In this document: positions 1 through 8,889 of the stretch, one piece after another | How positions within the stretch are numbered: position 1 is the stretch's first letter | How the letters are laid out: each line of letters begins with the position of its first letter | NCBI GenBank assembly: GCA_046595515.1 | Contig: JBKJOV010000041.1 | Coordinates: 3,039 to 67,038 of the forward strand | Source: Rhodoferax sp. | GTDB taxonomy: Bacteria; Pseudomonadota; Gammaproteobacteria; Burkholderiales; Burkholderiaceae_C | Direction: 5' to 3' | DNA: 64,000 bases | Position numbers and translations under genes: made by a program | The notes under the pieces: generated by a model | The model's input: the letters and a program-made list of their open reading frames with translations, nothing else | What the model was told of the DNA's origin: nothing | The model's database searches: none

Positions 1-645
1 GCCGGCCAAGGATAGAAAGTCTTTGCCCTGGGGCTGGCCAGAAATGGCATTCATCAATGCAAAAGCGATCAGATGCGGCAGGTGGCTGACTGCAGCAAAG
101 GCAGCGTCGTGCTGTTCGGGCGACATTTTGATGACCTTGCAGCCCAGCGCGGTCCATACATCGACCGCTTTCTGCAATTGCACAGTCAGTGTGCGCTCTA
201 TCGGGGTCAGGATGACCTGGCGGCCGGAGTACAGGTCGGGGTCGGCGTTATCGACGCCTGAGACTTCTTTGCCGGTAATCGGGTGTGCCGGTACAAAAGA
301 GCCCACTTGCTCGCGCAGTGCGCGGCGGCCAGCATCGATCACGTCCCGTTTGGTGGAGCCTACGTCCATGACCAGCATTTTGTCGGTGACCAGATGCTTA
401 ATGGCTTTGAAAGTGGCCTCGGTGGCGGCAACGGGCACCGCAATCAGCACAATGTCGGCACCCGACACGGCCAGCAGGGCAGAGGGCGCTTCCACATCGA
501 TGACACCCATCAGCCGCGCACGTTCTGTGGTGCTGGGCGACTTGCTGTAGCCAACCACACGTTTGACCAAGCCCGCGCGTTTGAGTGCGAGTGCAAATGA
601 GCCGCCCATCAGGCCGCATCCAATCAAGCCAAGCTGTTCAAACAT
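1..645 (-). CDS. tyrA: prephenate/arogenate dehydrogenase, N-terminal part (gene runs off the window start)
   Basis: Not in the ORF track because it is open at the window edge. My reverse-strand translation from ATG 645..643 reads MFEQLGLIGCGLMGGSFALALKRAGLVKRVVGYSKSPSTTERARLMGVIDVEAPS. It has a GxGxxG Rossmann start typical of TyrA and lies 21 nt downstream of pheA on the same strand. Confidence 0.7.
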   Translation of the reverse strand, partial: MFEQLGLIGCGLMGGSFALALKRAGLVKRVVGYSKSPSTTERARLMGVIDVEAPSALLAVSGADIVLIAVPVAATEATFKAIKHLVTDKMLVMDVGSTKRDVIDAGRRALREQVGSFVPAHPITGKEVSGVDNADPDLYSGRQVILTPIERTLTVQLQKAVDVWTALGCKVIKMSPEQHDAAFAAVSHLPHLIAFALMNAISGQPQGKDFLSLAG

Positions 646-666
646 AAGGGTTCCTGAGGACTGGCA

Positions 667-1767
667 TTAATCGGCGACTGGGTAGGTACCCAGTACTTTG
701 TAAAAGGCACATAGTCGCTGGAGCTCTTGGAGTGCCAGCGCCACGTGGGGCTGCGAGGGATGTCCCTGCAGGTCGATGTAGAAATAATATTCCCATTGGC
801 CGGTTCGCGCCGGTCGCGACTCAAAACGGGTCATGGAGACGCCATTGGTTTTGAGGGGGACCAGCAGATCATGCACGGCGCCCGGCTGGTTGGGTACCGA
901 CACCACCAAACTGGTGCAGTCCTTGCCAGAAGGCGGCGGCGTGCCAAGGGTTTGTGGGAGGCAGATGATGGCAAAGCGGGTGCGGTTGTAGGCCTCGTCC
1001 TGGATCGCGTGGGCCGCGATGTGCAAGCCAAACTGGGTGGCTGCACGCTCGCTGGCCAGACCTGCCCAGGATGGGTTTGTGGTTGCAAGGCGCGCACCCT
1101 CGGCATTGCTGGAAACGGGTCGGCGTTCGGCATTCGGAAGAAATTTGGTCAACCATGCCTGGCACTGCGCTAACGCCAGCGGGTGCGCCAGTACTACCTC
1201 AATGTTTTCCAAGGAGTTGTCCAGGCGCAGCAAGTTATGCCGCACCAACAGCGTGACTTCACCAATGACATGTGTAGGTGAATGCAGGAACAGGTCCAGC
1301 GAACGTGTCACCATGCCTTCGGTCGAATTCTCGACACCGACCACGCCATACTGGGCACTGCCAGCGGCGGTTGCGTGGAAGACCTCATCAAAATTGGCGC
1401 AATAGATCAGGTCGGCTGCACCACCAAAAAATTCTATGGCGGCCTGCTCACAAAAGGTGCCTGCTGGGCCCAGTACGGCGACTCGCTGGGGCGCTTCCAG
1501 TGCCAGGCAGGCCGACATGATTTCACGCCAAATGTCGGCCACATGGGCGTCCTTCAGCGGGCCAGGGTTGGCGCTCTGAATTTTGTCGATGACCTGCGCC
1601 ACGCGGTCGGGCCGGAAAAAAGCCGTGCCCTCGCGCTTCTTGACCTCGCCCACCTTTTCTGCAACCAGTGCCCGGTCATTGAGCAGGCGCAGCAATTGCT
1701 GGTCGATGGCGTCAATCTGAACGCGCAGTTCGGGCAGGCTTGGCAGGGGCGCACTCGGTTCGGTCAT
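667..1767 (-). CDS. pheA: bifunctional chorismate mutase / prephenate dehydratase (P-protein)
   Basis: 366-aa ORF. N-terminal chorismate mutase helix (LRVQIDAIDQQLLRLLNDRA), prephenate dehydratase domain (RVAVLGPAGTFCEQAA) and C-terminal ACT region with TRFESRP...WEYYFYIDL. Confidence 0.9.
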   Translation of the reverse strand: MTEPSAPLPSLPELRVQIDAIDQQLLRLLNDRALVAEKVGEVKKREGTAFFRPDRVAQVIDKIQSANPGPLKDAHVADIWREIMSACLALEAPQRVAVLGPAGTFCEQAAIEFFGGAADLIYCANFDEVFHATAAGSAQYGVVGVENSTEGMVTRSLDLFLHSPTHVIGEVTLLVRHNLLRLDNSLENIEVVLAHPLALAQCQAWLTKFLPNAERRPVSSNAEGARLATTNPSWAGLASERAATQFGLHIAAHAIQDEAYNRTRFAIICLPQTLGTPPPSGKDCTSLVVSVPNQPGAVHDLLVPLKTNGVSMTRFESRPARTGQWEYYFYIDLQGHPSQPHVALALQELQRLCAFYKVLGTYPVAD

Positions 1768-1772
1768 GGCGT

Positions 1773-4418
1773 TTATTGGTCGCTAGCCTCAGTGTTGTCC
1801 GCTGCATCGGGCGCATCGTCTTCCCCAGTGGCATTGGCATCGTTCTCCACAATGCGTTGCAGACCGCTGAGCTTGGAGCCTTCGTCCAAGCCGATCAAGG
1901 TTACGCCTTGGGTGGCACGGCCGAGTTCACGGATCTCTGCCACGCGGGTGCGCACCAGCACACCCTTGTCGGTGATCAACATGATTTCGTCGTCCACATG
2001 GACCAGTGTGGCGGCCACGACCTTGCCGTTGCGCTCGCTCTGCTGGATAGCGATCATGCCCTTGGTTCCACGGCCGTGGCGCGTGTATTCGGTGATGCTG
2101 GTGCGTTTGCCGTAGCCGTTTTTGGTTGCGGTCAGCACGCTTTGCTGCTCGTCCTCGGCGACCAGCATGGCGATAACGCCCTGGCCGTCTTCCAGCATCA
2201 TGCCACGTACGCCTCGGGCGTTGCGGCCCATGGGGCGGACGTCGTTTTCATCAAAACGCACCGCTTTGCCGCCATCGCTGAACAGCATCACATCGTGTTT
2301 GCCGTCGGTCAACGCCGCACCAATCAGGTAGTCGCCGTCGTCCAAGTCGACGGCAATGATGCCGCCCTTGCGCGGGTTGCTGAATTCATTCAGGGTAGTT
2401 TTCTTGACCGTGCCCATGCTGGTGGCCATAAACACATACTGGTCTGCCGGAAAGGTGCGTTTTTCACCTGTGAGTGGCAGTACCACGGTGATTTTTTCGC
2501 CCTCTTGCAAGGGGAACATATTCACAATCGGGCGGCCGCGCGAGCCGCGCGAGCCCTGTGGCACTTCCCACACCTTAAGCCAATACAAACGCCCGCGGTT
2601 GGAGAAGCACAAGATGTAGTCGTGGGTATTGGCCACAAACAACTGGTCAACCCAGTCGTCTTCCTTGGTGGCGGTGGCCTGCTTGCCGCGCCCGCCGCGC
2701 TTTTGCGCCCGGTATTCACCCAGGGGTTGGCTCTTGATGTAGCCACTGTGGCTCATGGTCACCACCATGTCGGTGGGGGTGATCAGATCTTCGGTGCTCA
2801 GGTCGTAGGAGCTGTGCTCCACCAGACTGCGGCGAGCGCCCAACTTGGACTGGCCGAATTCGTGCTTGATGGCACCAAGCTCTTCACTGATGATGACCGA
2901 TACCCGCTCTGGTTTGGACAGGATGTCGAGCAAGTCGTCAATCTCGGCCATGACCTCTTTGTATTCCGCAACGATCTTGTCTTGCTCCAGCCCCGTCAAG
3001 CGTTGCAGGCGCATTTGCAGAATTTCTTGGGCTTGCGTGTCAGAAAGACGGTAAAGGCCATCGCTTCCCATGCCAAAAGCTTTTTCCAGGCCATCGGGGC
3101 GGTAGTCGTCGGCATTGATCAGGCCGCCATCGGCACGTGTGCGGGTCAGCATTTCGCGCACCAACTTGCTGTCCCAGGGGCGTGTCATCAACTCAACCTT
3201 GGCCACCGGAGGTGTGGGTGATTCGCGGATGATGCGGATGAAATCGTCGATATTGGCCAATGCAACTGCCAAACCTTCCAGTACATGGCCGCGTTCGCGG
3301 GCCTTGCGCAGGTTGAAAACGGTGCGCCGCGTCACGACTTCGCGGCGGTGCTGCAGGAAGACCTCGATCAGGTCCTTCAAGTTGCATAGCTTGGGCTGAC
3401 CGTTGATCAGCGCCACCATGTTCATACCAAAGGTGTCTTGCAACTGCGTTTGCTTGTACAGGTTGTTCAGCACCACTTCAGGCACCGCGCCACGCTTAAG
3501 TTCGATCACCAAGCGCATGCCGGATTTATCGGACTCATCCTGGATATGGCTGATGTCCTCAATCTTCTTTTCATGAACCAGCTCGGCCATGCGTTCCTGC
3601 AGGGTCTTTTTATTGACCTGGTAGGGCAGTTCGTCGACGATGATTGACTGGCGCTGACCTTTGTCAATGTCCTCAAAGTGGCAGCGGGCCCGCATGACCA
3701 CCTTGCCGCGCCCGGTACGGTAGCCGTCTTTCACGCCATTGATGCCGTAAATGATGCCGGCCGTGGGGAAATCTGGCGCCGGGATGATTTCCATCAGTTC
3801 GTCGATGGACGCTTCCGGGTTCTTGAGCAGATGCAGACAGGCATCGACCACTTCATTGAGGTTGTGCGGGGGAATGTTGGTGGCCATGCCGACCGCAATA
3901 CCGCCTGAGCCGTTAACCAGCAAATTCGGCAAGCGGGTGGGCAAAACCAGGGGTTCTTTTTCGGAGCCGTCGTAATTCGGACCAAAATCTACGGTTTCCT
4001 TGTCCAAATCAGCCAGAAGTTCGTGCGCGATCTTCGCAAGTCGGATTTCGGTGTAACGCATGGCCGCCGCGTTGTCACCGTCCACTGAGCCGAAATTGCC
4101 TTGCCCATCGACCAGCATGTGGCGCATGGAGAAGTCCTGCGCCATACGGACGATGGTGTCGTATACCGACTGGTCACCATGCGGATGGTACTTACCAATC
4201 ACATCACCCACGATACGGGCGGACTTCTTGTAGGCCCGGTTCCAGTCGTTGTTCAGTTCATGCATGGCAAACAGTACGCGCCGGTGAACCGGCTTGAGTC
4301 CGTCGCGAGCATCGGGCAGGGCGCGCCCCACAATCACGCTCATGGCGTAATCGAGGTAACTGCGCCGCATTTCCTCTTCTAGGCTGATGGGCAGGGTTTC
4401 TTTTGCGAACTGGGTCAT
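1773..4418 (-). CDS. gyrA: DNA gyrase subunit A
   Basis: 881-aa ORF. It shows [24 protein letters not shown], a QRDR-type [12 protein letters not shown], the active-site AAMRYTE, and C-terminal beta-pinwheel repeats. Confidence 0.97.
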   Translation of the reverse strand: MTQFAKETLPISLEEEMRRSYLDYAMSVIVGRALPDARDGLKPVHRRVLFAMHELNNDWNRAYKKSARIVGDVIGKYHPHGDQSVYDTIVRMAQDFSMRHMLVDGQGNFGSVDGDNAAAMRYTEIRLAKIAHELLADLDKETVDFGPNYDGSEKEPLVLPTRLPNLLVNGSGGIAVGMATNIPPHNLNEVVDACLHLLKNPEASIDELMEIIPAPDFPTAGIIYGINGVKDGYRTGRGKVVMRARCHFEDIDKGQRQSIIVDELPYQVNKKTLQERMAELVHEKKIEDISHIQDESDKSGMRLVIELKRGAVPEVVLNNLYKQTQLQDTFGMNMVALINGQPKLCNLKDLIEVFLQHRREVVTRRTVFNLRKARERGHVLEGLAVALANIDDFIRIIRESPTPPVAKVELMTRPWDSKLVREMLTRTRADGGLINADDYRPDGLEKAFGMGSDGLYRLSDTQAQEILQMRLQRLTGLEQDKIVAEYKEVMAEIDDLLDILSKPERVSVIISEELGAIKHEFGQSKLGARRSLVEHSSYDLSTEDLITPTDMVVTMSHSGYIKSQPLGEYRAQKRGGRGKQATATKEDDWVDQLFVANTHDYILCFSNRGRLYWLKVWEVPQGSRGSRGRPIVNMFPLQEGEKITVVLPLTGEKRTFPADQYVFMATSMGTVKKTTLNEFSNPRKGGIIAVDLDDGDYLIGAALTDGKHDVMLFSDGGKAVRFDENDVRPMGRNARGVRGMMLEDGQGVIAMLVAEDEQQSVLTATKNGYGKRTSITEYTRHGRGTKGMIAIQQSERNGKVVAATLVHVDDEIMLITDKGVLVRTRVAEIRELGRATQGVTLIGLDEGSKLSGLQRIVENDANATGEDDAPDAADNTEASDQ

Positions 4419-4631
4419 GGGTGGCTTAAAGCTATGTCGGAGTCAACCTAGGATTCTACGGCCCGCAAGATGTCGTTAGATGGCAACATTTGAGCCATTT
4501 GTGCCCTAGACATTGCAATAGCTGCCAAAAGTTGTCTTCCCGGTATGGCACAATCGCCGGAACGTCCCTACTTGGGGCGTCCCTAAAATTATTCGCAGCG
4601 ATGCTGCAGTTTGTTACGCAAAAGGAACGCC

Positions 4632-5276
4632 ATGAAACAATTGAATAGAGTAGCAATCGCCCTCGCTGCTGCAGTACTCGCATCTACGGCTGGTGCACAG
4701 GAAATCAACAACTGGAAAAGCTCCGCCGGTGACGTGTGGAAGAACTCTGTTGGCGAATGCTGGCGCAACAGCAGCTGGACTCCAGCTACTGCCGCTCCTG
4801 GTTGTGATGGCGCGATTGTTCCTCCGGCTCCAGAGCCAGCTCCAGCACCCGCTGCAGCTCCCGCTCCTGCACCAGCACCTGCGCCAGTACCTGCACCAGC
4901 ACCTGCTCCTGCAGTGGCTAGCAAGGTGACCTATGCTGCTGACGCATTCTTTGACTTTGACAAATCCGTGTTGAAGCCAGAAGGCAAAGCCAAGCTGGAT
5001 GACCTGGCCAGCAAGGTCAAGGGAATCAACCTGGAAGTCATCATCGCTGTGGGTCACACTGACTCCGTCGGTACTGATGAATACAACCAGAAGTTGTCGG
5101 TTCGTCGTTCCGAAGCTGTGAAGGCTTACTTGGTTTCCCAAGGCATCGAAAAGAGCCGTGTGTACACCGAAGGCAAGGGCGAGAAGCAACCTGTTGCTGA
5201 CAACAAGACGGCTGAAGGCCGTAGCAAGAACCGCCGCGTTGAAATCGAAGTTGTTGGTACACGTACTAACAAGTAA
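4632..5276 (+). CDS. OmpA-family peptidoglycan-associated outer-membrane/periplasmic protein
   Basis: ATG at 4632 is preceded by aaaggaa. Signal peptide MKQLNRVAIALAAAVLASTAGAQ, a Pro/Ala hinge, and a C-terminal OmpA_C-like domain (FDFDKSVLKPEG, GHTDSVGTDEYNQKLSVRRSEAV, NRRVEIEV). Confidence 0.85.
   Translation: MKQLNRVAIALAAAVLASTAGAQEINNWKSSAGDVWKNSVGECWRNSSWTPATAAPGCDGAIVPPAPEPAPAPAAAPAPAPAPAPVPAPAPAPAVASKVTYAADAFFDFDKSVLKPEGKAKLDDLASKVKGINLEVIIAVGHTDSVGTDEYNQKLSVRRSEAVKAYLVSQGIEKSRVYTEGKGEKQPVADNKTAEGRSKNRRVEIEVVGTRTNK
4821..4913 (+). repeat. low-complexity (Pro-Ala)n coding repeat forming the OmpA-like hinge
   Basis: Translates to PPAPEPAPAPAAAPAPAPAPAPVPAPAPAPA. The DNA is made of reiterated cc(a/t)gc(a/t)cc units. 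Confidence 0.8.
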
Positions 5277-5300
5277 TTCGACTGGCACTGGCCAATCCCA

Positions 5301-5326
5301 AAAAACCCGCCTCGGCGGGTTTTTTG
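5301..5326 (+). terminator. rho-independent terminator of the ompA-like gene
   Basis: aaaaACCCGCCtcgGCGGGTtttttg: a GC stem followed by a T-run, about 25 nt after the stop codon. Confidence 0.8.
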
Positions 5327-5339
5327 TTGCCTATTGAAT
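5327..5339. repeat. copy (1-nt insertion variant) of the recurrent TTGCTATTGAA(T) intergenic motif
   Basis: The sequence ttgcCtattgaat lies immediately after the terminator. Compare 38258..38277 and 63563..63585. Confidence 0.35.
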
Positions 5340-5372
5340 TGAGGTCACATCCAACCCGGACATAATTGCAGA

Positions 5373-6086
5373 ATGAACGACACAGTGAATGCAGATCCGG
5401 CTGAATTAGCCAAGTTTTCCGAACTGGCCCACCGCTGGTGGGATATGAATAGCGAGTTCCGACCGCTGCACATGATCAACCCGCTGCGGCTGGATTGGAT
5501 TCACTCCATTTGCCCCCTAACCGGGCTTCGTGCGCTGGACGTGGGCTGCGGGGGCGGAATTTTGGCAGACTCCATGGCAAGACGGGGTGCTGCCGATGTG
5601 TTGGGAATCGATTTGTCGACAAAAGCGTTGAAAATCGCCCAATTGCACGCGCTCGAAGCACAAACCCCCAATATCGCCTACCGGGAAGTCAGTGCTGAAG
5701 CGCTGGCGGCTGAAGCACCGGCTTCCTTTGACGTGGTCACGTGTATGGAAATGCTGGAACATGTACCAGACCCGGCGTCCGTAGTGCAGGCCTGTGCCGA
5801 TCTGGTCAAACCCGGCGGCTGGGTGTTCTTTTCCACTTTGAATCGCAACGCCAAATCCTTTCTGTTCGCCATTGTGGGGGCGGAGTACCTACTCAACATG
5901 TTGCCGCGTGGCACCCATGAATACGCAAAAATGATACGCCCCAGTGAATTGGCAAGCTACTGCCGGCAATCCGACCTAGATATTCGCCAAACCAGCGGTC
6001 TGGAATACAACCCGCTAACGGCGCGTTATTCCCTGAGCCGTGACACCAGCGTCAACTACCTGTTGGCGACCCAAAAACCCTTCTAG
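5373..6086 (+). CDS. ubiG: ubiquinone biosynthesis O-methyltransferase
   Basis: 237 aa. N-terminus [14 protein letters not shown]...[15 protein letters not shown] and SAM-binding [12 protein letters not shown] are typical of UbiG. The adjacent gph matches the arrangement I recall for Burkholderiales. Confidence 0.85.
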   Translation: MNDTVNADPAELAKFSELAHRWWDMNSEFRPLHMINPLRLDWIHSICPLTGLRALDVGCGGGILADSMARRGAADVLGIDLSTKALKIAQLHALEAQTPNIAYREVSAEALAAEAPASFDVVTCMEMLEHVPDPASVVQACADLVKPGGWVFFSTLNRNAKSFLFAIVGAEYLLNMLPRGTHEYAKMIRPSELASYCRQSDLDIRQTSGLEYNPLTARYSLSRDTSVNYLLATQKPF

Positions 6087-6769
6087 TGTTGTCTTCTACT
6101 GTGATTTTTCCCAATATTGCAGCCGTTCTGTTTGACTTGGACGGTACCCTGATCGACAGTGCACCAGATTTGGGCGCAGCCGCAGACCAAATGCGCGTGG
6201 CGCGTGGCATGCCATCTTTGCCCCTGGCCTTGTATCGCCCCATGGCCGGTGCAGGTGCCCGAGGCATGCTGGAAATAGCATTTGGCATAGGCGCAGATGA
6301 TTCTGGCTTCGAAGCCCTTCGCGAAGAGTTCTTTTCCAACTATGCAGCCTGCATGACCCAACGCACAGCTGCGTTCGATGGCGTCCAAGAAATGATTGCC
6401 CATCTTGAGCAAATGCAACTGCCGTGGGGCGTAGTGACGAATAAGTCGTCGCGCTTTACCGACCCATTGACCCGCGCCATGCCCTTGTTTGTGAATGCTG
6501 GGACGATTGTGAGCGGCGACACCACGCCGCACGCCAAGCCCCATCCAGCCCCCCTGTTGGAAGCAGCGCGACAACTGGGCGTCGATGCGAAACAGTGTGT
6601 TTATGTGGGCGATGACGAGCGCGACATCGTCGCAGGTCTTGCCGCTGGCATGAAAACCGTGGCAGCAACCTATGGTTATCTCGGGAAAAAGACCGAAATC
6701 CAGGCTTGGGGAGCACACGCTGAGATAAATTCACCGCTTGCGCTGTTGCAATTGCTGGTAAGCGCCTAA
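6086..6769 (+). CDS. gph: HAD-family phosphoglycolate phosphatase
   Basis: 227 aa. HAD motif I is FDLDGTLIDS and a late motif is YVGDDERDI. The start overlaps the ubiG stop. Confidence 0.75.
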   Translation: MLSSTVIFPNIAAVLFDLDGTLIDSAPDLGAAADQMRVARGMPSLPLALYRPMAGAGARGMLEIAFGIGADDSGFEALREEFFSNYAACMTQRTAAFDGVQEMIAHLEQMQLPWGVVTNKSSRFTDPLTRAMPLFVNAGTIVSGDTTPHAKPHPAPLLEAARQLGVDAKQCVYVGDDERDIVAGLAAGMKTVAATYGYLGKKTEIQAWGAHAEINSPLALLQLLVSA

Positions 6770-6780
6770 AATAGAGATCT

Positions 6781-7169
6781 GGGGCTGCACTGGTTTCGAC
6801 GTGGGTTCGGACGCGCAGCAGGGCATGTCGAGGTTCTGTTACCTCGTAAAACAGCAGAAAAAAACTAACTGCAAACGACGAACGTTTCGCACTCGCTGCT
6901 TAATTGCACGTGAGCCTCACAACAGCAAGCCGATAGGCTGGGCAAGGGCAGTCAGATCGAAAGGTCTGATTGTCCAGGCTGTGGGGTAATTTCATTCGGC
7001 TGGGCTTGCCTTGGGTAACTTAAGGTGGGTCAAGAAAATAGGTTACTGGCGTTTTGCATAGCGTGCCGCTGCGCGATGCAAAAGGCGAGACTCAAACCAG
7101 ATGGCTACACATGTAGAACTGTTCGAAGAAGGCTTGCGGACGCGGGTTCAATTCCCGCCAGCTCCACCA
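6781..7169 (+). ncRNA. ssrA: tmRNA (transfer-messenger RNA)
   Basis: The 5' GGGGCTG pairs with the 3' CAGCTCCACCA, including the G3:U alanine identity pair. The T-arm is gcGGGTTCAATTCCCgc. The tag reading frame at 6871..6903 (gcaaacgacgaacgtttcgcactcgctgcttaa) encodes ANDERFALAA followed by a stop. Confidence 0.95.
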
Positions 7170-7176
7170 TACATAG

Positions 7177-7210
7177 AAAGCCCAACTGTTTTCAGTTGGG
7201 CTTTTCTTTT
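7177..7210 (+). terminator. rho-independent terminator of ssrA
   Basis: aAAGCCCAACTGttttCAGTTGGGCTTttctttt, directly after the CCA end. Confidence 0.8.
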
Positions 7211-7252
7211 GGGAAATCCTCAATGTTTACGCGCACTTACGGCGTTTGCCTT

Positions 7253-7349
7253 GTGACTTTTCTGCTATCAAAACCACACGTTTTTGGCCGTTTTTGTCCG
7301 AAATTACCCCGTTTTCTCTCTCTGTTCTCAGTGACCCTCGTGACTTTTC
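7253..7349. repeat. direct repeats in the AT-rich leader of the post-ssrA module
   Basis: A perfect 10-mer gtgacttttc occurs at 7253..7262 and 7340..7349. An 8-mer cgtttttg occurs at 7279..7286 and 7289..7296, with 10-nt phasing. Confidence 0.6.
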
Positions 7350-7526
7350 ACTAGGCTACATTCAATGAAATCAAAGACTTACGCGGGGGTGGTTCGCAAG
7401 TTGAAATTGGTGGGCGGTAGCGACTGAGAGTAGAGAATTCTGGTTCGACATTTGGATCTTGTTTAAGCAGCTTGATTTCAGATCAATTTGTTTCGCTTCA
7501 ACTCGACGGTTCGATTACAGTATCTA

Positions 7527-8270
7527 ATGGCTCGAAAAACCCACACATTCATGCTGCGCATCCTGCGTCGGGATCCCGACGCAATGGACATGGCGCGCTT
7601 GGGCGAGTACATCGTCGAGTTCGCTGCTCTACTCGGCACCGAAAACAAGCCGATATTCCGTGGCATCAAGAAAGCAAGCACTGGACTGAGGGCGTACATC
7701 CCCCCAGATCGCACGCCCTACAGCCGCGCGCGAATCAAGGAAGCAAAGAGCGATTCAGCAAGCAAGCCTGCTCGGCATCTGCACACAATTGAGGAGATGT
7801 TGGGCGCAGATTCAATAGCGGAGGCTCAGATACTGGACGGTGACGACAACGTCATTTATGCAGTGTTTGGCCACAAAGATGAGGATTCAAGTGCGGAGCG
7901 ACTGTACCAAGAGGGTTTGGTTGACGGTGTAGTGACAGGCCTTGTTGGCTCTGATGACACCATGCACCTGCACTTGCGCGATCACTTCGATCGGCACATC
8001 AAACTCAACATTCGTGACGAGGCGCTCGCACGGGAAATTTTGACTTATTTCCGAATCGGGTCCGTTCGCCTCTGCGTACGCGGCACATGGGTAAGAACTG
8101 AAAACGGCTGGTCACCTGAGGCGTCTAAGTGCACTGTCCTCAGGTTCGAAGCGCTGGAAGACACCCCTCTCAGTCAAGTGTTGGGTGCTGCCGCTCGCGT
8201 TAAGAATAACGGTTGGCGGGAGCTTAAAGACCCAATCGGCGAATGGGCAAACATCCGAGGGTTGCATTGA
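7527..8270 (+). CDS. hypothetical protein with no domain I can recognise; upstream partner of the PIN gene
   Basis: The long ORF 7488..8270 opens with TTG; the first ATG is 7527 (MARKTHTF...), and no clear SD precedes either. It is visibly AT-richer than the flanks. Its 3' end overlaps the next ORF. Confidence 0.6.
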   Translation: MARKTHTFMLRILRRDPDAMDMARLGEYIVEFAALLGTENKPIFRGIKKASTGLRAYIPPDRTPYSRARIKEAKSDSASKPARHLHTIEEMLGADSIAEAQILDGDDNVIYAVFGHKDEDSSAERLYQEGLVDGVVTGLVGSDDTMHLHLRDHFDRHIKLNIRDEALAREILTYFRIGSVRLCVRGTWVRTENGWSPEASKCTVLRFEALEDTPLSQVLGAAARVKNNGWRELKDPIGEWANIRGLH

Positions 8271-8839
8271 AAACGTTACCGAAAGTCGTCCTCGTAGATG
8301 CAAATTTCATCGTCGCTTATGTCTCGCCGAAGACGCCAGAGGACGACCGCGCACGCATTGATAATTTCATCGAACGCGCAGAAAAATCAAAGTCAAAAAT
8401 TATTTTCCCGATGCCTGCGATTGCGGAATTCTTGGTTCGAGCCGATCTCGCTGGAGTCGATTTTCTGAACCGCCTCGACAAGAAGACATTTTTGGTAATG
8501 GCCGACTTCAACCGAGCCGCTGCCTTCGAACTTTCTCAGATCGACCGCGCGGCGCTAAATGTGGGCGACAAGAAGGACGAGACGGAAGCCCCATGGCAAA
8601 AAATCAAAGTGGACCGTCAGATCATCGCCATTGGGAAGAGTCTTGGTGCCACTCTTGTGATTTCGGGCGATGTGTCTGTGAGGAACAACGCTCTTCGCGT
8701 TGGAATGCAGGGAATGACAATTCAAGAGCTCGAACTGCCTGAAGCGGCAAAACAGCATAAGCTTGCTCTCGTTCCGGTAAAAAAAACCAGGACTAGCAGG
8801 CCACCCAAGGAATCATCTCTAAAGCCAGCTGCTACTTGA
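8243..8839 (+). CDS. PIN-domain (VapC-like) putative ribonuclease with a basic C-terminal tail
   Basis: 198 aa. The acidic PIN signature appears in the expected order: VVLVDANFIV, PAIAEFL, LVMADFN, and VDRQIIAIGKSLGATLVISGDVSV (resembling D..IAA.A...ga.LvT.D). An alternative TTG start at 8267 would form a cat-TTGA overlap with the upstream stop. Confidence 0.65.
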   Translation: MGKHPRVALKTLPKVVLVDANFIVAYVSPKTPEDDRARIDNFIERAEKSKSKIIFPMPAIAEFLVRADLAGVDFLNRLDKKTFLVMADFNRAAAFELSQIDRAALNVGDKKDETEAPWQKIKVDRQIIAIGKSLGATLVISGDVSVRNNALRVGMQGMTIQELELPEAAKQHKLALVPVKKTRTSRPPKESSLKPAAT

Positions 8840-8889
8840 TGCCGATGGGCATTAAACAGCTTGAGCGCTACCGGTAAACTGATTGTGGT

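Noticed and set aside
1740-3221. 493-aa ORF on the plus strand
   Set aside because: It is entirely antisense to gyrA and has an Ala/Gly/His/Val-rich low-complexity composition typical of open antisense frames in high-GC DNA. There is no RBS or recognisable domain.
4589-4924. 111-aa Gly/Ala-repeat ORF on the minus strand
   Set aside because: It is the mirror image of the (Pro-Ala)n hinge of the OmpA-like gene, so it is a repeat-driven artefact.
7025-7354. 109-aa ORF spanning the 3' part of ssrA and its terminator
   Set aside because: It overlaps a confidently identified tmRNA and an intrinsic terminator, so it is not coding.
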